Shown one piece after another: positions 1 through 11,499 of a DNA stretch of 64,000 bases. A program made the position numbers and the translations under genes. Numbering within the stretch: position 1 is the stretch's first letter; each line of letters opens with the position of its first letter. The DNA is from Octopus sinensis (lineage: Eukaryota), in the NCBI RefSeq assembly GCF_006345805.1, contig NC_042997.1, positions 201,376,001 to 201,440,000 on the forward strand, in the 5' to 3' direction. The notes under the pieces were generated by a model, which saw only the letters and a program-made list of their open reading frames with translations, was not told where the DNA came from and made no database searches.

Positions 1-694
1 CATACTGACATGGGAGGGACATATATATACATTCATATATATGCATGTATATATATCTATATTTATTAGAAGAAATGCGGTACTCAGAAGATCGGATGGT
101 TTATATTTACAGATATTTATTTGTATATTACATTTTTTATATATATATCATATCACTTAGATCATTAGCGCTTTCTCCCATTCTAGTGGGGTTTTCAACT
201 CAAATATCTATATTTATATACATACATATACATACACATACACACACACATATATATATATATATGTCTGTATGTTTATGTACATGTGTGTGTGCAGATA
301 TGTATGTATTCATGTATGTATATATGTATGCATGGATGGGTGGATAGATCGATGGATGTGTGTGTATCTCTATGTGTATGGATGAATGTATGTATGTGTG
401 TTCCTTTTCATGTGTGATAGTGAAAGAGAGAAAGAAGATATGTGTGTCATACAGAGAACAGGACGTATTTCAGGGGGTAAGTGCACTCATACATTGATGC
501 ATGCATTTTGCACATGCATGAGCTGTAGATAGTAAAATAAATAACCTGTGCAAAGCTTTGCCAAGATGGATTTAATTAATTAGAGATGTACTAAACAGCA
601 TGGAATGAACTATAGGAGTGTATAATAAGATTTAACATGTATGTGTGTGTGTGCATGTGTGTTAGTGTAAGGTAAGGAGAGAGAAACAGAGAGA

Positions 695-915
695 TCATCA
701 TCATCATCATCGTCGTCGTCTGTGTCTATTGCCGGCATGGGTTGGAGGGTTTGGCAGTAGCTGGCAAGCTGGAGGGCTGAACCCGGCTCCAGTCACCTGC
801 TTTGGCACGGTTCCTGTGACTAGATGCCCTTACTAATGCAAGCCACTTTACAGAGTGTATTGGGTGCCTTTTATGTGACACCACCACCACCAGTGCTTTT
901 TACGTGCCACCAACA
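695..915 (-). mobile_element. Degenerate 3' tail of RTE-clade LINE
   Basis: (CAT)n followed by gccggcatgggttgg...tagatgcccttactaatgcaagccactttacagagtg, same as the 3' end of the RTE at 11500. Confidence 0.75.
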
Positions 916-967
916 CCCAACAGGGTCACCAAATACTTTGCAAAACAAAAACAAAAAAAAGAACATG

Positions 968-1890
968 CTGACCAAAGCCTTGTAAGTGGATTTAGTAGAC
1001 GGAAACTGAAAGAATCTCGCATATATATACACACACACACACACATATATATATATATGTATGTATTTATGTATGTATGTATGTGTGTTTTTATGTCTGT
1101 GTTTGTCCCCACCAGCATCGTTTGACAACTGATGTTGCTGTGTTTACAACCATGTAACTTAGCAGTTCAGCAAAAGAGGCAAAGAATAAGTCCTGGGGTC
1201 ATTTTGTTTGGCTAAAGGTGGTACTCCAACATGGCCACTGTCAAATGACCAAAACAGGTACACAAAAGCTGTTGGCTGAGTTGTTAGATTGTTGGATAAA
1301 ATGTTTCACAATATCTGTTCTGACTCCCTGCAGCCTGAGTTCAAATACCACTAGGTCAGCTTTGTCATTCATTCTTCTGGGATCAATAAAAACATACTAA
1401 TCCAAGGTGATGGATTAACAGAACATTTAGATGTCTCTTGTTATCTGACTCTAGCTTTCTGTCAAAAACACCTTTGATTACTGTGTAGACAAGCATTGCC
1501 ATCACACATATATATATATAGAGATAGATATACGTATGTATGTATGTATGTATGTATGTATGTATGTATGTATGAATGTATGTATGTATGTATATGTTTG
1601 TGTATCTTTGTCACCCCCACACACACTCCCACCCCCACACACACTCCCACCCCCACACACACTCTCACCCCCACACACACTCCCACCCCCACACACACTC
1701 CCACCATCACTTGACAACCGATGTTGGTGTGTTCACATCCCTGTAACTTAGCAGTTTAGCAAAAGAGAGCGATAGAAGAAGTACTAGGCTTACAAAGAAT
1801 AAGTCCTGGGATTGATCCGTTCTACTAAAAGGTGGTGCTCCAGCATGGACGCAGTCAAATGACTGAAACAAGTAAAAGAATAAAAGAATA
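968..1890 (+). mobile_element. Two partial copies of tRNA-derived SINE family A (968-1260, about 1590-1890)
   Basis: Shared body gaccaaagccttgt.agtggattt.gtagacggaaactgaaag and tail aagaataagtcctgggg...atgactgaaacaagtaaaaga. Confidence 0.8.
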
Positions 1891-3115
1891 AAGGAATACA
1901 TGTCTATGCATAAACACAGATGAGTGTATGAGTAAGTAAATAAGGAATCAGGAGGAGAGAATTTACACACACACAGCCACACACAACACACATACACAGA
2001 ATGCAGCACAATACACACAGAAAACACCAGCAAAGCACACAAACACATCTAAACTTCCCACTCAAAACATTATTGATACCTAATGTTAGGAATTTAGAAG
2101 CATTTGGTAACAGATAGCTTGCTTCTGAATTGGATTTGCTTCCTGTCAATCGATTCCTCTGTAATTTGCAGGCAATTACAGATATATATGTATACATTAC
2201 GGATATAAACACACCCATTACAGATATATACACCAAGGCCTTTGTGAGACAATAATGACATGTTGAAATGAGAAGAACAAACTCTGGTAATTGGAAACAC
2301 CAGTTTGTACCAGATATTACAATGGTTTCTATTTTACTGTTGTATTGTTGATGGTAAGCGAACACTAAAACCTAATGCCTATTTCAGCTGATAGAGAAAA
2401 GAAGAATTTTTGTTCATGAAACAATTTCTGCATCATAAGTCTTTCCATGTCCAAGTGTACACAAACATGTTAAATCTTATTATACACACCTATAGTTCAT
2501 TCAATGCTGTTTAGTACATCTCTAATTAATTAACTCCATCTTGGCAAAGCTTTGCACAAAACACCAGCAAATGTATTATTTGCTTTTCTGACATAAAAGC
2601 AATTTGTTCTTATTTGCTATCAAGGGAGACTTGATAACTGTCGTTGATAATGTGCAACAATGCAGAAATGTTATGTGCCCTATGGTCCAATGACAGCATT
2701 CAATGCTGGGTTTTACTCACATATTCTCTATAAGGAGAATTTTTTCAGCATTTTCTGTTCTGCAGCATATCTTACACGACCATGTTGAATATGACTGTAC
2801 ACTCTGACAGTCCATTTAACACTGCTTAGTGACATCATCATCATCATCATTTAACGTCTGTGTCCATCCTGGCATGAATTGGAGCTGGTAAGATCAGGGT
2901 TTAGGGTTCCATTGACACTAGGTTCCATTGACTATTTTGGCATAGATTTGTGGTTAGATGTCCTTCCTAACACCAACCACTTTACAGAAGGTACTGGCTG
3001 CTTTTTATATGACACCATCACCAGTGCTGTTCACATGGTGCCATCACCAGAACTTTTTACATGACACCAGTGCCAGTGCTTTTGACAATCATGTTAGATT
3101 GTTTCTGAAGTTATT

Positions 3116-3826
3116 ATAGCAGTTGTTTTAATCTCAGCTCATCTCTAATTAAACACACCACAGCAGTTGTTCCAATCTCTAATTAAACACACCACAAGAG
3201 TTGTTTTAATCTCAACTCATCTCTAATTAAACACACCACAGCAGTTGTTTTATTCTCAGCTCATCTCTAATTAAACATACCACAGCAGTTGTTCCAATCT
3301 CAGCTCATCTCTAATTAAACACACACCACAGCAGTTGTTCCAATCTCAGCTCATCTCTAATTAAACACACACCTCAGCAGTTGTTCCAATCTCAGCTCAT
3401 CTCTAATTAAACACACACCACAGCAGTTGTTCCAATCTCAGCTCATCTCTAATTAAACACACCACAGCAGTTGTTCCAATCTCAGCTCATCTCTAATTAA
3501 ACACACACCACAGCAGTTGTTCCAATCTCAGCTCATCTCTAATTAAAAACATCACAGCAGTTGTTCCAATCTCAGCTCATCTCTAATTAAACACACCACA
3601 GCAGTTGTTTTAATCTCAGCTCATCTCTAATTAAACACACCACAGCAGTTGTTTTATTCTCAGCTCATCTCTAATTAAACACACACCACAGCAGTTGTTT
3701 TAATCTCAGCTCAGCTCATCTCTAATTAAACACACCACAGCAGTTGTTTTAATCTCAGCTCATCTCTAATTAAACACATCACAGCAGTTGCTTTAATCTC
3801 AGCTCATCTCTAATTAAACATACCAC
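3116..3826. repeat. Minisatellite, about 43-45-bp unit, about 16 copies
   Basis: Tandem cacagcagttgtt(cc/tt)aatctcagctcatctctaattaaacac(ac). Confidence 0.95.
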
Positions 3827-4499
3827 CAGACACTGCTGGCAACTGAATCTGTTATAATTCATGGCTTAAGGACGTTTCTTTGTTTTTTTTTAATACAGTC
3901 TCTGATGAGTTGATGATGTAGTTTGATTGTGTGGTAATACTTTGTGTGACAGAGATTTTCATTAACAAAACACATGAAGAATGTATTGAATAAACAAACA
4001 TAAAAACGTATCTCTAGTCTTGTTTTACACTGTGTACTCAGTGTTTGAAGAAATATCGATGGATAACTACATAAAGATATTTAGAGAAATAATTAAATTT
4101 CTCTTCAAAATAAATCGTTTGAACTATAATCAAACACATGGAGTTCTAAACACAGGTTATATATCATGGTCTATATATGGAACTAAACACACACACACAC
4201 ACACACATACACACACACACACAATGCACGCACACACACACACACACAAACATATAAATGTTTTTTTTTATGCAAAGGTTTAATGCGGGAATCTGAATGT
4301 TTCTTTCCATTTAAAGTTGAACTTTGAATTGAAACATCACTCAATACTTTTTAGTGGAATACCATCTCTATATTGATTATTACAAGGAAAAGTTTTGACA
4401 GTGACTGCAAAGTGTGGGCTTTGTCTGATGAAACTTCACTGTTAGCATTTTCATCGTACATACATACATATAAACACACATACATACATATATATATAT

Positions 4500-4700
4500 A
4501 TAGTTCTATATTTAAGAGATGAGGAATTATGTACATTATTTACATTATTTACAATTGACACATATTTGTTCTCATCTTTTTTGTTGTTAACACGTTTTGG
4601 CTGATATACCCTCCAGCCTTCATCAGATGTCTTGGAGAAATTTCAAACCTGGGTTCTCATTCCTAAGGTATTTTTCAATGTTACTTCTTCTACTACTACT

Positions 4701-4756
<56 letters not shown>

Positions 4757-5014
4757 TTTACATTATTTATATTTGACAAATATTTGTCCTCATCTTGATT
4801 GTTGTTAACATGTTTCAGCTGATATACCCTCAAGCCTTCTTCAGGTGTCTTGGAGAAATTTTAAACCTGGTTTCTCATTCCTAAGGTATTTTTCAATGTT
4901 GTTATCATTATCATTATCATTATCATTATCATTATCATTAGTATTATTATTATTCAGGTCACTGCCTGGAATCGAACTTGGAATCTTAACCACTATGCCA
5001 TATGCCCTTGGGCA
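4500..5014 (-). mobile_element. tRNA-headed short element with a tandemly duplicated hammerhead-like (PLE-type) tail
   Basis: Minus strand: A-box TGGCATAGTGG (4990-5000), B-box GTTCGATTCC (4968-4977), (TAA)n, then two copies of CTGA(T/A)GA-AGGCT.-loop-CAGC.-(G/A)AAAC at about 4805-4850 and 4588-4632. Confidence 0.65.
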
Positions 5015-5024
5015 TGTATATATA

Positions 5025-5190
5025 TACACTCTCGGAGTGGTTGGCGTTAGGAAGGGCATCCAGCTGTAGAAACACTGCCAGATCAGACTGGGCCTGGCAC
5101 AGCCTTCTGGCTTCCCAGACCCCAGTTGAACCATCCAGCCCATGCTAGCATGGAAAACAGACGTCAAACGATGATGATGATGATGATGAT
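5025..5190 (+). mobile_element. RTE 3' tail fragment ending in (GAT)n
   Basis: ggttggcgttaggaagggcatccagctgtagaaac...gcatggaaaacagacgtcaaacgatgatgat. Confidence 0.85.
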
Positions 5191-5445
5191 ATATATCTGT
5201 TGTAAACTATTTATAAACCTATATATAAAAATCATTCTGAACTTGTTCTAGTTGTTTAATATCAGGGAAGCACATTTATGACCAATAACATTCCAGCCAT
5301 GACCATATAGTTTTATAGACCAAATTGTCTATATCCAGAACAACACTATCAAACATGTCCTTCCCTTTGTATTTAAAGACACCAGCCTAAGATTCAAGTG
5401 AGATTTGACTGCTATTTCTTGCCAGTTATTATGACTACATAGACG

Positions 5446-5482
<37 letters not shown>

Positions 5483-5764
5483 GTTCTTCATTTCTGAAAT
5501 TCTGAAATAAACAACCAAAGTGCCACTGCAGTATATTTCTCTGTTAACCCATTGGTAGAATGACTGCTACAGTTAATTTCCTGAAAGATATGATTTTCCA
5601 AACCTTCTAAGCATTATTTAATCAGTTTTCATATCAAAATTTGTATTAAATATAGATTTTTAGGTAAAACTAACAACATGTCTTTTCTATAAAGTCTGCA
5701 GCTTAAAATGTTCCTTCTTTGATGTTTCATTTTTAATTTACTATTTCATTTCATATTTTCAATC

Positions 5765-5876
5765 ATTACATATGCACGTGTATATATATACATAACTGTG
5801 TGTACGTACGCATGTATGTATGTACGTATGTATGTATGTATGTATGTATGTGTGTGTGTGTGTATATATATGTGTG

Positions 5877-5913
<37 letters not shown>

Positions 5914-6188
5914 CCACACATATGTATACATATATCTGTACATATATGAGTGTATATGTATGTGTGTAAAAATCTATGTATTGATATATATAAATATATG
6001 TATATATTGATATACATGCACATATACATGTGTATATGAATATAAGTATAACTTTATATATCTATATATATATATAAATTTAGATATATATATATATTTA
6101 TATATACAGACATATATATGAATATTAATTTATATATGTATGTATATATATATATATATATGTGTGTATATATATAAATTTATATATG

Positions 6189-6219
<31 letters not shown>

Positions 6220-6833
6220 TATATATATAAATTTATATATGTATATATATACACATATATATATAAAGAGAGAGAGAGAGAGAGATATCACACATGTCTG
6301 TATATTTCTGAGTATATATGTATCTATGTATGTATTGGTGCATGCATGTATATATGAGTGTGTATGTGAACATGTGTTGGTATTGGACATGTGTGAATGT
6401 GTGTAAGTGTATATGGATGTAATGGAGGTTATGTTACCAATAACCAAAATCGAAACTATATTTTTTTTCTCAATAACCATTGGAATTTTATCAATTCTGT
6501 CCCATGCGTATGCATGCATACATACACACACACACACACACACACAAATGCATACATCACATAAACACACACACATGCAAACCTACAGGAACACACACAC
6601 TCATACACCCATACATACTCAGACAGACATATATATCTATATACATAGATACATACATACATACATATACAACATACACATAGAAATATAAATACTTAGA
6701 TACATACATACATACATACATACATACATACATACATACATACATACATACATACATACATACGTACGTACGTACATATGTACGTATATACATGTATAGA
6801 TAGATAGATAGATAAATACATACATACATACAC

Positions 6834-6899
<66 letters not shown>

Positions 6900-6904
6900 C
6901 AGAC

Positions 6905-6951
<47 letters not shown>

Positions 6952-7050
6952 TAGATAGATAGATGCATGCATGCATATACATACATACATACATACATAC
7001 ATACATACATACATACATACTACATACATACATACATACGTACATACATA
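5765..7050. repeat. Compound microsatellite field (TATG, TA, CA, TACA, TAGA, CAGA)
   Basis: Direct inspection; explains the YVCM/IYIY ORFs. Confidence 0.95.
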
Positions 7051-7689
7051 CTTATATGCAATCTATTATCAATTCTTAGTTCACTCTTCTTTTCCAAACC
7101 TCATCTATTATGTTAAAAAAAACCCTATCATAAACAAGCCTCCTCTCCCTCTACATGTCTCTCTCTCTCTCCTCCCTCCTACTGTTCATCTCCAGCTATC
7201 ATGACTCTCCTCATGGTTTTCCCTCCTCCCAGACCTCGATATCTCTTTGAAGGTGTCGCTGTACATAACACAAAGTTTGTTTACAAATGTTTGAATGTTA
7301 CAAGTTACTAGAGACGTTTTTTTTTTTTTGTTTCCTCATGGAACTGTTGCAACTGTTTCTCACATGCAAGAAATGTTCAAGAGTTTTGGTTTCTTGCAGT
7401 GGCTGCATAAAAGATGCTGAGGATTCCAGGCAAATATTTGTTTTCGATGTTGCCTCAAGGGGACAATGACAAATAATGGAGATGTTTGGCATTAGGCTGT
7501 GCAGGAGAAGAAGACCCATCAAACCAAGTGAAATCGTAGTCATGTCAGATACCCATGACCTGCTCAAAATCACAGTGCACTGCAGGGAATCGTACTCAGG
7601 ACTTTACAACCGTGGGCCGAATACCCCTAACCACTGAGCCATGCACCTCCACTCTCTTAATCATAGAGAAAAGGAGTAAAGTGATATAT

Positions 7690-7895
7690 TTCTTTATTGC
7701 CCACAAGGGGCTAAACATAGAGGAGACAGACAAAGGGATTAAGTCGATTATATTGATCCCAGTGCGTAACTGGCACTTAATTTATCGACCCCAAAAGAAT
7801 GAAAGGCAAAGTCAGCCTCGGCGGAATTTGAACTCACAACGTAACGGCAGACGAAATACGGCTACACATTACGCCCAGCGTGCTAACGTTTCTCC
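7690..7895 (-). mobile_element. SINE family B copy (tRNA-like head, MetaSINE-like core)
   Basis: Reverse complement of gttagcacgc.gggcg...gagttcaaattccgccgagg..gactttgcctttcat.ctttt.gggtcgataaattaagt; flanked by direct repeat aggagtaaagtgata. Confidence 0.8.
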
Positions 7896-8159
7896 TTAGA
7901 GGAGTAAAGTGATAGAGACAGAGAAAGGAAAGTCTCAGTCATTTACAATGACAATTAGACTTGAAATACGATTGATCTTTTCTCGTTTCTTTACTTTCAA
8001 CAATGAAGAAGAGAGAAAGACGTTTAGTAATGAATAGAGGGAAATTCTTTCAGGAGTTTTGTTTTTATTCTGAGAGTTCTAGAATGATCGAGTGTTAGTT
8101 CTCCCTTCTTCCCCCCCCCCCGGTACATATTCACGATCATTCATAGTTCACCAGGCTCC

Positions 8160-8352
8160 AATAATAATATTATAATAATAATAACAATAATAATAATAAT
8201 AACATCGAAAAATACTTTAGGAGATGAGAACCCAAGGTTCGAAATTTCCCCAAGATACCTGAAGAAGGCTGGAGGGTGTTACAGCCAAAATGTTGTGTTA
8301 ACAAACAAGATAAGGACAAATATCCATCAAATGTAAATAATGTAAATAATGC
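8160..8352 (+). mobile_element. Tail of the HHR-bearing family seen at 4500 and 58900
   Basis: gatac-CTGAAGA-AGGCTG-loop-CAGCC-AAAA-TGTT-GTGTT (core decayed), followed by aagataaggacaaatatccatcaaatgtaaataatgt. Confidence 0.7.
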
Positions 8353-8787
8353 CCTATGGTTTTGTTTTTGGATAAATATTAATTAGCCCTGTTTACGGTA
8401 TTATTAGTGCTATTCTTTTTCTAGACATATTGGTAATTCTTGTCTTATTTTATGAAGTACTAACTTCATTTCGCCTCTATTCAAACATCCTAGTCCCTCC
8501 TTTATATAGAAATAACCCATAAATATTTCCCTAGACCACTGCTTGCTCACTCTTTTGCCTATCAAATTCAAAGCTTCACACTGGAAGATAGAATGATTTT
8601 AATATATTGAACCTCCTGGCCTCTTCTCGAGGCCCTGTTCTTTCCTCTTCCCTTCGTTTATTTTATTTTATGCATTTCTATTCACTCTGATGAAGCTCCA
8701 TGTACTAGATCGAATGTCCAATGAAGATCATCATCATCATCATCATCTCATCATCATCGTTTAATGTCCGCTTCCCATGCTAGCATC

Positions 8788-10420
8788 CTGAGAGAAATGT
8801 AGGACATAAGAAGCATCAAATGTGGTGTGCAAGAGAGACGTTTGCGCTGGTATGGTCATATACTACAGATGGATGAAGAGAGATGTGTGAAGAAGTGCCA
8901 CTCCCAAACAGTTGAAGGAATCCTGGGTAGAGGTAGACCCAGGAAGACATGGGATGAGGTGGTCAAGCATGACCTTCAAGCGTTGAGCCTCACAGAGGCA
9001 ATGATGAAAGACTGAGAACTCTGGAGATATGCTGTAACTGCGAAGACCCGGCAAATAAAGCGAGTTCATGGCTGTATCCAACACTAGTTTCACATAACCA
9101 GCTGCAGCCCATTCAAAAGTACCTTGGATCATAGGGCGACCTGCTGTGCTTATCTATGATCATAGGGCAACCTGCTGTGCTTGAGGATACCTATTGAGTC
9201 AAGTACATCAACATCAAAATAAAAATCAAATGGAAATTGTAGCTGTGATACCTGTGCCGGTGGCACATAAAAAGCACCATCGGAATGTGGCTGATGCTAG
9301 CGCCGCCATTGACTGGCTTCCATGCTGGTGGCATGTAAAAAGCACCAACTGATTGTGGGCTTTGCCAGCCTCCTCTGGCCCCTGTGCTGGTATCGCATAA
9401 AAAGCAGTGGTGCTGGTGCCACATAAAATTAACTGATGATGGTACCACATAAAAAGCAGTGGTGCTGGTGCCAAGTGCAAAGGATTTGTGCTATGCCTTG
9501 TAAAATGCACTGATGCTGGTGCCATGTAAAAAAAAAATGCACTGATGCTGGTGCCATGTAAAAAAAAATGCACTGATGCTGGTGCCAAGTGCAAAGGATT
9601 TGTGCTGTGCCTTGTAAAATGCACTGATGCTGGTGCCATGTAAAAAAAAAAAGCACTGATGCTGGTGCCATGTAAAAAAAAAAGCACTGATGCTGGTGCC
9701 ATGTAAAAAAAAAATGCACTGATGCTGGTGCCATGTAAAAAAAAAAGCACTGATGCTGGTGCCATGTAAAAAAAAAAAGCCTGATGCTGGTGCCATGTAA
9801 AAAAAAAATGCACTGATGCTGGTGCCATGTAAAAAAAAATGCACTGATGCTGGTGCCAAGTGCAAAGGATTTGTGCTGTGCCTTGTAAAATGCACTGATG
9901 CTGGTGCCATGTAAAAAAAAAAAGCACTGATGCTGGTGCCATGTAAAAAAAAAAAGCACTGATGCTGGTGCCATGTAAAAAAAAAATGCACTGATGCTGG
10001 TGCCATGTAAAAAAAAATGCACTGATGCTGGTGCCATGTAAAAAAAAATGCACTGATGCTGGTGCCATGTAAAAAAAAAAAGCACTGATGCTGGTGCCAT
10101 GTAAAAAAAAAATGCACTGATGCTGGTGCCATGTAAAAAAAAAAAGCACTGATGCTGGTGCCATGTAAAAAAAAAAAGCACTGGTGATGGTATCATGTAA
10201 AAAGCATTGGTGATGGTGCCGAAGGTGCAGCATAAAAGCCACTGGTGTTGGTGCCAATTAAAAAGCATTGGTTCTGGTTCTGTGACACACAAAACGCAGT
10301 TGGTGCTGGTGCCCAGTAAGAAGCACTGGTGTTGGTACCATGTAAAAAGCAGCCAGTAAACTTTGTAAAGTGGTTGGCATTAGGAAGGACATCCAACTGT
10401 AGAAACCAAGCCAAAACGGA
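8788..10420 (+). mobile_element. RTE LINE 3' fragment (ORF C-terminus plus 3' UTR)
   Basis: QERRLRWYGHILQMDEERCVKK...RGRPRKTW motif typical of RTE C-termini; 3' UTR matches the copies at 11500 and 13780. Confidence 0.9.
9400..10260. repeat. About 31-bp minisatellite expanded inside the RTE 3' UTR, with higher-order interruptions
   Basis: More than 20 copies of (a)n-gcactgatgctggtgccatgt; variant ccaagtgcaaaggatttgtgct.tgccttgt recurs at about 9471, 9585 and 9856. Confidence 0.95.
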
Positions 10421-11008
10421 CAATGGAATCTGATGTCTATGAAGACAAACAAATTACAAATACAGTAAACTGGTTATATAACACAAAGCATGAGAATGTC
10501 CAAATGTATTAATATTATATAAGATGCAATCATCTTGGAAAGGCAACATGCAAGCTGAGTGAGATTTCAATGCTGTTTCCACTCGATTAAACAACTCCAT
10601 TTAAGCCAACAGTTCTCAGCCATTTTTTTCCTACGGGCCTCTTTGATTGCTTTCATTTATTTCATTAGAACCTCAAAGGCATTCAGGGTTTTAAAAATCC
10701 TATTATATTTTTTAAATTAAATATTATCAGGAATTATACTTTTAAAAAAAAATTGGTAAAATGTATTTGGTGAATTACAAGAATATACTCTTTTACTTGT
10801 TTCAATCATTTGACTGCGGCCATGCTGGAGCACCACCTTTTAGTCGAGCAAATCGACACCGGAACTTATTCTTTGTAAGCCTAGTACTTATTCTATCGGT
10901 CTCTTTTGCCGAACCGCTAATTTACAGGGACGTAAACACACCAGCATCGGTCGTCAAGCGATGTTGGGGGGACAAATACAGACACACAAACATATGCACA
11001 CACGTTCA

Positions 11009-11042
<34 letters not shown>

Positions 11043-11047
11043 TACTC

Positions 11048-11080
<33 letters not shown>

Positions 11081-11082
11081 TC

Positions 11083-11226
11083 TACATTTAGAATGACTGA
11101 GGTAGTAATACGAGTCATAAAGGTCATTATTATGAGATGATTATAAGATCTTTATTATCATCTTATAATCATCTCATAATAATGACCTTTATGACTCGTA
11201 TTACTACCTCAGTCATTTTAAATGTA
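11083..11226. repeat. Near-perfect hairpin, 67-bp arms and 10-nt loop
   Basis: 11083-11149 pairs with 11160-11226 with a single G-U wobble. Confidence 0.95.
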
Positions 11227-11350
11227 TATATTTGTCGCTACCTGTCATAAATAGCCTTTTTCTATTTGGAATATGCATTTTCGTTGATTTTTCATATTTT
11301 ACCCTTACATTTCCATGTGTATTTTATATTTTCTTTTCGTAACATATTTC

Positions 11351-11395
<45 letters not shown>

Positions 11396-11499
11396 CCATC
11401 TGATCTGATTACCTCATTTTTTCTAATATATAATACCTGTACATCATCTCCAAACCTTCCGATATATATATATAATATATATATATTATATATATATAT

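Larger units (their letters stand above)
547..2558. repeat. Pair of 94-bp inverted repeats (547-640 and 2465-2558) about 1.8 kb apart
   Basis: tgtgcaaagctttgccaagatgga...tttaacatgt at 547-640 is the reverse complement of 2465-2558 with 3 mismatches; no clear TSD. Confidence 0.9.

Noticed and set aside
2721-2815. Minus-strand MDCQSVQSYSTWSCKICCRTENAEKILLIEN followed by GTGAGT, faintly PHD-like
   Set aside because: Lacks the following Cys residues of a PHD finger and has no clear acceptor; likely chance
3116-3826. Regular repeat resembling a CRISPR array
   Set aside because: Units are contiguous and near-identical, with no spacers
3903-3955. CTGATGA followed by a possible stem
   Set aside because: No stem II or GAAA; not a hammerhead
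8687-8730. CTGATGAAG start of a possible PLE hammerhead
   Set aside because: Truncated by an RTE/CAT insertion before any GAAA
9226-10292. 343-aa and 287-aa repetitive ORFs, superficially CRISPR-like periodicity
   Set aside because: Tandem minisatellite without unique spacers; no cas genes; eukaryotic context
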